DNA of 64,000 bases from Macrostomum lignano. Its lineage: Eukaryota. The notes below the pieces were generated by a model. The model saw only the letters and a program-made list of their open reading frames with translations. It was not told where the DNA came from and made no database searches. The stretch spans positions 1 through 64,000 of the forward strand of contig NIVC01003259.1 of assembly GCA_002269645.1 (NCBI GenBank), in the 5' to 3' direction. Each line of letters starts with the position of its first letter. Position 1 is the stretch's first letter. Of this stretch, positions 1 through 10,650 are shown one piece after another. Both the position numbers and the translations under genes were made by a program.

Positions 1-1047
1 TGGCGAGTTCATCCAGCCACGGCTGCCGTGAAAATGCTGAAGGACAGGAGGAGTTCGCCAGAATTATTGGCGACGGATCGCCACCTGAAGCAGCTGGACG
101 CCGAAACAGCCGAGAGACTGAAGACTGATCCCAATCGATTGACGATCTGGTTTACTACATTGGAAATCGTGCTACTAAAAAAGCTCTGATAATTCATAAC
201 GTAAGTTTTCGTGCTTCCAACCTCGAATCGACCCGAGAGCTACATGGATTTTAAGAACCTGCGTCACGTGCTGACTCTTATGCAGTTCAGTGTGACAGAA
301 ATGGTTAACCTGACAGCTGAGCAGATGCGGGAGGCGTGAGAAACTTTGCCAACGATGACAGCCATGGAGACGCTTGCGTCCTGGCTATCATGTCGCACGG
401 TAGCCTCGGCATTATCTGCGGCACAGACTACAGAAGAGGGGAAAAATTGGGCATCGTTGAAGAGTTTGAAATACTCCAACTGATGTCCAGAGGCGCCGTC
501 AGGGCCAAGCCCAGACTGGTTCTCATTCAAGCCTGTCGGATCGATTTGAGCGAGGCCGTCGCCGGAAAACTGGCGCGAACTCGGAGAGAGTCTGCGCGAT
601 GATGACGGAGATGGCCATCCAGGTGGGCATTCACCAAGGCAATCCTGCCAGCGGATCTGAGCGCCGCCGCCTGAGCAGAGCGGGCTGATCGTGGCCCATT
701 CGACATCGCCTGGGGACTTCGCTTTTCGAAGTAGTTACGGCAGTCGCTTCATTTTAGCCCTGTGCGCAACCTTTTACGAGTTCGCCCATAAAGAGGATCT
801 GGTCTCCATGCTCACCAGGATCAACTTCGCCATGGTTCGCGGATTTAAACAGCCTGAACTGAATGGAGAAGTTCTGTCACTACAGCTGCCATGCTGGACA
901 GTGCAGACGCATAAGAAGTTTTTCCTTGTTAGTACGCAGAGTCTATTTGAAGGGCCGGCAGAAGCGATGGCGGATCGGGTGGATCAACAGCAGCCCAAGT
1001 CAAGCCGAATTCCTCTCTCCGGAGAGGTGTCGGAGAATCACTTATAG
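1..1047 (+). pseudogene. Caspase-family gene, 5'-truncated by the window edge and frameshifted
   Basis: Fragments in shifting frames: ..YYIGNRATKKALIIHNVSF.. / DFKNLRHVLTLMQFSV / DACVLAIMSHGSLG..KPRLVLIQACRID (336-602; SHG His and QACR Cys) / p10-like GLIVAHSTSPGDFAFRSSYGSRFILALC (691-1047). Several frame changes near ~235, ~335 and 600-680. Confidence 0.85.
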
Positions 1048-1540
1048 AAGAAAAACTGGTTGAATGCAGTAAAGCTATTTATGCTCAGTATCAAATATTT
1101 GCTGTTTCAAGATCCTATATTGCCGTCTTCTCTAAACTGTTCTACATTACGATAGAATCTTCTTGAGTTCAAATTCAAAGCATGTTATTTATTTGAACGA
1201 AAATCGGCTCTCAGATTGTGACTAATACGAGCGTAGTTGTTAAAAAGTGTGTAACAATAACCTTTTTCCTCTCCAAGTCAGCCGTCATTATATATTAGAA
1301 ACCCCGTCGATTATCATTTCTTTATCTAGGGACACGTTGCTATCCCGTTTTTATTTAACTATCAAACTTAATATAAACGGACTATCCCGAATTTACTATT
1401 TCATCAGTTCTGCGAAACACGGTGAAAACTTTTTTTAGCTTACTTTTTATTTTTGAAATATGAGAGTGCAGCGGGAAAGCAATTACTAACTTAATGCATC
1501 AGACAAATCTATCTATCTATGACAAAATGCTGGCATAGCC

Positions 1541-2336
<796 letters not shown>

Positions 2337-3070
2337 ATAGAGGGAATTAAAAGTACAAGTCCCGCCATGAAGATAAGGTCGTACTTTTTCTTGCGTGTTT
2401 TAAGCCATTGTATGTACGAGCTAGGAAACTTAAACAAATATCCGACAGCCTGTCCTTGAGCAATTAGATACTCGTTGGCAAAGAAGCCGCAAATTTGCGA
2501 AACATTGCAATGACACAGCACTGAGAATTAGAGACTATAGTTTTTACACTGAAGTGTATCTGATACAACATGAAGCCTGTAAATATGTAGGTACCAGTCT
2601 ATTTAGAATTTTTAAAGACAATAAAAATAGTTATTCGCCATCGCTAGATAAGAGAGTATTAGTCAGACTACTAAATCGTACTCTCGTAGCATTAAAAAAA
2701 TTCAACAGTATCTGACAATGTTTAAAGTTCTCGCTCAAATTCGAGCCAATGAAATACGACGTACAGGAAGTTACAGTGCTTCAGTTCACTTGTTTACAGT
2801 TTACAGTTTTCTTGTTAGTTTTGTCATGCTTCAGTTTTATTAGGCTTTAAAATAATCAGATAATAAAAAAAATAATAAAAAAGAAGTTGTTGCATATCAC
2901 CTGTTGTATTAGATCGATACAATTAGCGTACGATCCCAAAAACACTGGATGTGTCACCCCAAAATAATAAGAGGTCACTTTTTCGTTGCACTTCACGCAC
3001 ACATAAAAGGTCAGTTTCGCTTAGAGATTGTTCCAACTGGCTCAATGTCTCAAATAATACGAAATATAAT

Positions 3071-3330
3071 GAGGGGTTGTGACCTAGCTAGTGGCTAGAG
3101 CGTCGGACTCACGACTGAAAGATCGGGGGTTCGATTCTCGACCCATACGGAACAATTTGTGTTCTTAAGCAAGACACTAAACTCTGCAGTGCTTCAGGTC
3201 ACTCAGCTACCAGCATTCGCTGGGGTAATTGAGGGTGTGTGGTGACCCCCCCCCCTCAGTTCTTGGACTGAACAGCCGTACGCTGCCTTCAGATGCGCCG
3301 CGCAGTAGCTGCGGCTGAGCTGTCGGTTAC
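3071..3330 (+). mobile_element. tRNA-derived SINE (family 1)
   Basis: A-box-like TAGCTAGTGG (3085-3094), B-box GGTTCGATTCT (3128-3138), followed by GTGTTCTTAAGCAAGACACT, resembling the conserved core of metazoan tRNA-SINEs. 3' end approximate. Confidence 0.65.
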
Positions 3331-3796
3331 GAGTATCGAATAATGCAAAATATGGGCATTTGGGACCTACAGGTATTTACTAACTGAAATACCTCGGCAA
3401 CTGCAACAGCCATAAAATATAGATCAAACAGATGCATCAGTTCTTGGGCGAAATCGACATTCTATTTGTGGAACTCAAGCAAAAATAGTGACCACTTTTT
3501 TAATTTGAGTTAAAACGTCTAATGTTTTTAGAATTTGCGGTGCAGCATATAGTCTCCTACAGTGGCACTTTAGTTTTGTTATGACAACCAATCGGACTTG
3601 TAGCAACCCTCAATGTCAGACATTTTTTAATAATTTCTGCGATCTTCATATTATTAAGACTCAAACAAAGCATTAGCAGTTAGATTTAACGCTGAAAAAT
3701 AATAAGGCCAGAGAAAAAAATTGGATTACACTATCTAATCAAGAGTTGAGAAGCAAATAAGCAAAGTTTCTCAATAATAACACAAGAAGTATGAAT

Positions 3797-5225
3797 TCAC
3801 CACCTCGCGAAGAATGCCTCCAACTTTTTCCAAACGCTTGCCCGACACTTTCGGCTCCCAGCAGGTGCAGCTGCACTACGATTGGTGTCGCCGATCTCTT
3901 TCATTGGTGTGCCGCTGCCGAGCACAAAAGCACCTCTCGTTTGCAGCAGCCACCACGGCTGCTGAGTCCGCTCATCTTTACAGTCGGACCGATTGAAGCA
4001 GGTCAGGACCATGCAGTTCACCGCAGTTATCACTGATAGGATGTCCGCATCGGCTCCGCATTCATTCAGCACGGAGCACAGGCTCTGCACGAACCAGCTG
4101 CCTTGGAAGCGGTTTCGATAACCGAACTCCTCTGGGGAGGTGCAGTGAGCAATCACCATGTCGGGATAGGGTCTAATCAATCGCTCTGCTGAGCTGCTGG
4201 AATGTGGTTCTTCCAATCGCCTGCACGCCTGAAACACAACAAACTTTGATCTACCCTGAAGCCCACTGCCTTGCTCAGCTGATCAAGAATATCTGCTTCT
4301 TTCACATTCCTTTCGTCGCATCCCAAAATTTTTCCCAGATATCCGTGGGACATGATTGCCAAGGCGCAGGAGCGGCCGTGGTCGTTGGCACCAGCAAAGA
4401 GCTGCACAGTTTGCAAGATTTCAGCTGCCGTGAGGTTCGTTCTGATTGACACTCGAAACCCCAAGCCTGTAAGACATTCCGTCAGCCTCTGACAGTCGTT
4501 CTGGGTGCCAAATCTGATCTCGCCGGATTTGAAGACAATATTCTGAACGATTAGAGCCCTGCTCTGCATAGTGACATTCTGTAGAATAGGTTTCTTTGGG
4601 AACCATTTCTTTCGCATACTGGCTGTGCGGAATAAGTCCTGTTTCATGATGTCGTCACCCCTGATATTTCGGCTCTCTGGCCATTTGGGTGTCAGCTTCC
4701 AACCAGGATTGCTATCGCTGTATTGGTAAATCATTTTTGGCTCTTTTTTCCTAGTACGTAGCTTCTCAAAATTGTAACCAACAATTGGACTGCTTTTAAG
4801 ATTCTTCCTCGGCGTTTTTAGAAATAAGTCAAGGCAGAGATTGATTCGGTCTCGAGTGCCCTGGTAGCAAACCATGCTGAACTTCTCTGGCAGTTCATCC
4901 GGTAAGCGAATCTCAGAGGGCAGCTCATCAGTACCTAGTATCTCAAAGTAGATGAGTAGGGAACTGTTTTCGTGCTTGGTTGCAGTCTCCGACATGCACG
5001 CAATTACATCATCTACGCCGGCTCCGGCCTGGTGCTTCTTAACGATCAGCACAACTGCTAGCGGGCTTTGAGCGGCCGATGAAGTCACAATTTCTCTCAA
5101 AGAAGCGCTAATACCATCGATTCGTTCCGAGATTACTTGAAAGCCAGCAAAATCCAGAAACATTTGATAATCTCGGACTTTGTCGAACAAGCCTTCAGTG
5201 AGAATCAGTGCTACTCCAGGGCGAT
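3797..5225 (-). CDS. Terminal exon of copy 2: degenerate caspase-fold module + caspase with SHG/QACR
   Basis: ORFs 4177..5190 and 3797..4237. RPGVALILT start, EIRFGTQNDCQRL, SCALAIMSHG, FQACRR, GYRNRFQGSWFVQSLC. Confidence 0.9.
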
Positions 5226-5506
5226 CTGAAATTCATTAAGTTTATAGCTTCAAAAATTTTGGGACCTCCAAATCGATTTTTGTCTCAAATTTTTAGTTCA
5301 TACTTACTGTTTTGATCGAGAATGGGACGCGCTTGTCCGATTCTGCTGCTAAGCCTTGCATTGTCTGCAAAGTCGCTAACGGATCGGTTGCAGGTGCAGG
5401 ATTTTCAGGGGTATTTTCGGATTGAGCCTTGCCTGAAATTGAAAATTTTGACAGAAAACTTTATTAAACAATCTGCTTATTTTTTCAAAAACTCAAACAA
5501 ACTTAC

Positions 5507-6856
5507 TTGCGCTTCCGCTCCCTGTGAACTCAGTATTTCCAACATAGAAAAGTTTGGCAGTTTGCACACACCAAGTGGGTGGGGCGTCCTGCAGTCTCTC
5601 GTTGATGATTGAAATCATCGAAACCAAATCCTCGATGGCTGAGTGATTGATGAAAGTCTCGCAGATGGATCCAATCAGCGGTGTCGCATTGTCGCTTTCG
5701 GTGTCCGACGCTTCGGACTGACACCAGACGGTTCCGCTTAGCGGATGGACTCTGACCTCAGGCTTGTCGTTTCTGAACTGCAATCGCATCGCTTCCACTG
5801 CGTCAGGCAGGAATTGGGGAGCGACTTCGGCGCAGCATCCGATGCTTCTGAGGACTTCGGTTGGTACTCCTGAATGATGATCAGCCTCGGCTTACCCTTG
5901 ATAAGCTTTCGAAGGCCATGCTCTTACTGATGTTGCCAATGCAGCTGTTTGCTAGCCAGCCTTCGGAGAGCACAACCAGGCAGCAAGAGTCACCGTGCAA
6001 CTCAGAATCAGCAAAAGTCTTCACGCATTCTTCAAGCTGACTGCAGCTTGACGCGTCTGTTTGAACGTCTTTGACCTCGAACTGGAGCTTATCAAACAGC
6101 CAAAGAAGGCGCCTCCAGTCTGCGTGCATTGACTTGTTTGTCTTGCCGCTCTCTAGTTTGATGTTTAGAACGATCAAGGCGTACGGCTTTTGTATGCGGC
6201 TGTTCAGATATATAAAATCACCGTATAACGCCAGAGTATCCGGGTCAACTCGGTTGGTGAAGGACTCAATGCCGGCTATTTTGATCAGTTCTTGTGAGCT
6301 GCAAGGGTAAAATATTTCGCGCGGGAAGAAACACTTTTCGCTTCTAGGTTTTTTAATGTAAAGTTTAGACGACTGGTCCATATCAAGTGATTCCAGGACG
6401 TCACAAAGGCCAACAGTACGATTTCATTTCAAGTTGCAATCGTTCTTAAATTTATCAAAAAATCGTCCGACTCCATAGGAAGTTCCGAAAGTGTAAGCAA
6501 TGCTAGACTTTCGATAAGGAAAAGCACTGCTGCAGAATTGATTTCGCAGATCCTGATCGATTTGGGTCTCTGTCTCGGACAAGTTGCAGTACAGCAGTAG
6601 CTGATCCACGGATTCGTCAAATTGGTTTAGAAAATCTAGGTAGGCCTTCATGTAGCGCTGTGGCTGCGAAGCGGAGAAAATCACTAGGCAGACAATCTGC
6701 CTGACTGGTGCTCGAGACGGGTCTCGGATTCGGCAAAGTGACTGTTCAGGGCGAGCTTCTCAGTGTAAAAGCCGCAACGAGAGCTCATAAATTCAATGTA
6801 GCTGTCCATCTTTGCTGTAGTCTCATCAGCGAATACTAGCAATAGCCTTTGATGAG
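5507..6856 (-). pseudogene. Internal exon of copy 2: degenerate module + pseudo-caspase (no SHG, no QACxG)
   Basis: ORF pieces 6684..6905, 6424..6684, 5881..6381, 5493..5798 align in order with the 11456..12916 protein (HGDSCCLVVLS, KPRLII, VHPLSG, GKLFY). Confidence 0.85.
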
Positions 6857-7099
6857 CTGCAATTGTAAAAGTTTTGCAAAACTGTATGTTATAGTTGAAG
6901 TGCAAAATACAACTAAAAAAGTCTACTTAATGTGTCTTTGAGAAGTGCTCACCGAATGTTCCCTGCCAGCTGGGAAGCTTCGATACTGCCTGTACATCTT
7001 GAATGATGCCTGTACGTTTTTGTTGCAATTTAGAGCAAAAATTAATCTATAAACAAATATATTTAAAAAGAAACAATTAGATACTTTTTATAATATTTA

Positions 7100-7270
7100 G
7101 TAGGATATTCGTGGCACCCCTCGCCGAAGGCCCTAAAAACTTTTCTGACTCCTGAGCAAATGCAAGCGCGCCAATACACATTCATACACACATGCTCACA
7201 CAGGGTGTACAGCGGCCCTTGACTGTCTAATCGTCCAACATGCACACTCTCTGTGTGTTGAGTACTGGTC
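7100..7270 (-). mobile_element. Diverged fragment of SINE-like family 2
   Basis: The reverse complement contains GGCCGCTGTACACCCTGTGTGAG and downstream blocks shared with 8549-8890 and 17625-17945. Confidence 0.5.
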
Positions 7271-8548
7271 ATCGGGGTTTAAATAGCATGAAAAACCCTT
7301 CTTGGCCAATTTCGATCCGACGAACCGCTGAGCAGCTCTGCCCCCCCCCCAAACCCCCCTATGCGCGCATCTTACCAAATTCACTGCGAGTAACACGACT
7401 TGCTTCTGTAGTTTCTGCAATTATGAAGCATAAGCAGCTTGTTAAAAGTATTGGAGAATGATTTTAAATAAGTAATAAATTTGGTTTTAAACATCTAACA
7501 GACCTGAAGCTGTTGAAATTTCATGCAATACTGAAAATTTAAATGTGGGAAAAATTACTCAGAGGAATCAATCAGCCTATGTTTGTTCGAATTTATTTGC
7601 TAAATAATTTTATTGTAGGTTTGCACTTACTAGTAGCTGGGCTTTCGGTCTCAAATGTGTCAGGAAAATCAGCCATCGATACTGAGTTGGATCGTTTCTT
7701 CGAATACCAGATAAGGCTTAGTTATATAACAATTTTTTTGTAATTCATCTGAAAGGGGGAAATTTGGATTGTTGGATGGAAAGTTAAAATATCCCATAAA
7801 GCTTTTTTGTAATGTAAAACTAATTCTAAGCTAGCTAAGCTAGTAACCGTGTATATATACTTTCTATACTACTATATGCACTCGTACTCCTATACACTTG
7901 TAGATACACCTATATATTAACTAGCTAAGTTATACTAAACGTTGGTCAAAATAAAAAAAGCAGACATTTGGTGACAAGCGGAAAACTCTTAGTTTCCTTT
8001 GATTTATTTGAACTTAGTTGTTGTACTTGATTAGATAATCGTTCACATTTAAATAAACAATTGAATTAGGAATCAGCAGTTTACGAGCCTGTTAGTTTTA
8101 TGTTTACTATAAATAAAATAATCAGAGCTGGAGGAAAATCTAATGCAGTGATGCACTACTATCGAGGGCCAGTCGCAGTTTGCGATTTTGATACATTCAA
8201 ATTCAAAAGATCGATTACATTAAATACAACTCGTACTCCAATGCTAATTATACTTCTTTCAATAAAACATTAAAAATCAGGAAAACTTTGTAATCATTTA
8301 TAATTAGTTTTAATAATGAAAACATACACTAGGATAACATTTTTCTCAATTAAAAATTCGGCAACGGTTAGTTATAGCGAGAGCATTTCTGCTGCTGTTT
8401 TTAACTTAGACTGGCTTAAACTGTTTAGAATGGTCAGTCTAACGTCTTTCATTAAAACAATAAAAACAAATTTGTTCCATCGAAGCACTTACGGAAACAC
8501 GCTCCTTTTGTAATAATTATGTTATTATACTACGTAGTAATTTATTAC

Positions 8549-8890
8549 GGGGGCCGTAGCCTTGTGGTCTAACGCGGCGTTCTGATGTGCCAGCGGTCCA
8601 TACTCGATTCCAAGTGCAGTCAGCTTGGCTCTGCTCATGCAAGTAACGGCCTTAAGGGCCAACCTCAAGACACAGTAAAGTGTACATGCCTAGCGATAAA
8701 AATTGTTAAAGCCACTGTACACCCCTGTGTGCGTGTGTGCCTTTACGAATGACTGTATACATATCCGCGCGCTTGCTTGTGTGCCTGCTTAGGGGAGCCG
8801 GCGGAATGGGCAGTAATGCCTCTCGCTGATTGTGTGACAATGTCGCTTAAAGTGCACCAGGGTAAACAGCCCCCTGCCTCTAACCAAGAA
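8549..8890 (+). mobile_element. tRNA-headed SINE-like repeat (family 2)
   Basis: A-box-like TAGCCTTGTGG and B-box-like CTCGATTCC, then a body homologous to 17625-17945 (shared CTCGATTCCAAGTGCAGTCA, AAGTGTACATGCCTA, GACAATGTCGCTTAAAGTGCAC). Confidence 0.7.
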
Positions 8891-9187
8891 GCTAACTAGC
8901 AGTTTATTAATTTAATATTTGTGTAAAAAGTCTTCAAAGTAAAACAAATTTACAAACGCCTATAAACAGGCGTTATCTTTAATTGTCCCAACAGTTGTCA
9001 ATAGTAAATTTTTTATGGTTTGAATGTTAAAATCATATATACCGCTCTCACAGAAATTCATCAGATTTTGAACCGCTAAGAAAAAATGTAAGAATTAAAA
9101 TATTGCCACTGGTAGCTACAATATAAGCAATTAAACCTATTCAGTCACCACAATAGTCAAATTGATAAACTGCCTCTGCGTAGATTA

Positions 9188-10650
9188 TTACAACCGCATT
9201 TTTTGAAGAAGTTCCGTCACCTGAACCCTGCAGTCATTCGTTGTTTGGTTCCTAGCTGAATTGGCTTGATGGCGCGATTCACGACTGCTTTGAGGAGGCT
9301 CATTGACTCGAATCCAAAATTTCTTGCTTGTCTGCACAGACCACCAGGGCAGCTGGCTGATGCCCATATAAAAAGTAGCGTTTTGCACCACATAATTAAC
9401 GATAGGAACCATTGACGCAATGTCGCACGTGTCGGCGAACAGGTCGAGAACAGTGCACAGACACTGGATGAACCGACTGCCTCTGTCTGTCATTCGATAG
9501 CTGCTTTCATTCGGCGAAGTCGAGTGAGCGACGATCATGCCAGGAAAAAACGACAGCTCTGATTTAGGCAATCGACCAGGGTCTAGACAGTTCTGGAAGA
9601 TGACCAATTGCTGCTTTTCACTTGTGCGGTTTCCTTTGGAAATTCGTTTTAGAATTTTACTTTCCTTCGCTGATTCGCCGTCGAAACCAACTACTTCACC
9701 GAGACATCCGTGAGACATAAAAGCAACTACGACTGAGCTGCCGTGTCGTGCGTCACTGCAAAACATGTCTAATTCGCTTTCAATTTCTACTTTGGTGAGA
9801 TTCGACCTGATGCTCACTGAGTAGCCAAGCCTGAGCAAAGTGTCAGCCATTCGCTGGCAGTCGTACTGACTTCCGAACCGAGTAGATAGTTCCTTTTTCT
9901 GGAAGACAACGTTGTGAACGATGAGGGCTACAGCCTTGCACTCTTGAGTATCTAATCCAGGTGCATTCCATTCGCTTCTGAAACTCTCTAATCGGAGAGA
10001 ACCTCTTATTGCTGGTCTCGTCTGCGTGTCGTCACTAACGTCAATTGAAGACAGATTTGGGTGCGATGAACTCTCTTCTATATAAAAGTTTTCAAGCCAA
10101 GTGATTCTCTTCCTCCAGCCTGGGTTTTCGTCATTGACTTTGCAGTGCATTATTCCGTGATGGCAGGAGTGGCAGGAAAAATCTCTACCAACCACAAAGC
10201 TGCCATTGAGAGAGATGTTCTTCCTGGGAGATTCCAGCAGGGAGTCCAGAAATTCAATCACGCCGCACCGATTCCTGCAAACTCTGACAAGGCTAAACTT
10301 CTCGGGTAGCTCCTCTGGCATCTGAGTGTTCGCGAAATTCTCTTCAGACTCGGACACTTCGCAGAAGATAAGCAAAATGCTACTGCTGCACTTTTGAGAC
10401 GATTGCTGTTTAGAAAGTTCATCGACTATTTCTTGCAAGACGTTGTCGTTGCGATGCGTGCGTACAATTAGATAAAGGACAACATTTCCTTCAGTTTCTT
10501 TTGGAAGCCTGATGGCTGTCTTGATTGAGCTCGAATTGCCATCCGTGTAATCGAAGAGCACTTTGAAGGCTGCATACTCCAGAAACATCTGATAGTTTCT
10601 GGCCCCATCATACTGTCCTTCGGTGAGAATCATCGCAAATCCTGTTCGAG
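9188..10650 (-). CDS. Terminal exon of copy 1: degenerate caspase-fold module + caspase with SHG and QNC
   Basis: ORF 9188..10633: KAVALIVHNVVF..STRFGSQYDCQRM..VVVAFMSHGCLG..VIFQNCLD..GMIVAHSTSP..SYR..GSRFIQCLC. Confidence 0.92.

Larger units (their letters stand above)
3797..7676 (-). pseudogene. Multi-caspase-domain gene, copy 2 (predicted exons 7676-7631, 7414-7376, 7009-6953, 6856-5507, 5432-5308, 5225-3797), disrupted
   Basis: Phase-1 GT-AG junctions link the ORF blocks (GTAAGT donors at 7630, 5506, 5307; GTAAGA at 7375; GTGAGC at 6952). The distal module has SHGYLG and VFQACRR with one frameshift near 4250. The proximal module lacks His/Cys and has frameshifts near 6700, 5900 and 5800 plus an in-frame TGA at 6424. 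The linker exon is 125 nt, 1 nt short of frame. Confidence 0.75.

Noticed and set aside
3071-3145. Functional tRNA gene
   Set aside because: A and B boxes are present but I could not fold a complete cloverleaf, and it continues into a SINE-type body.
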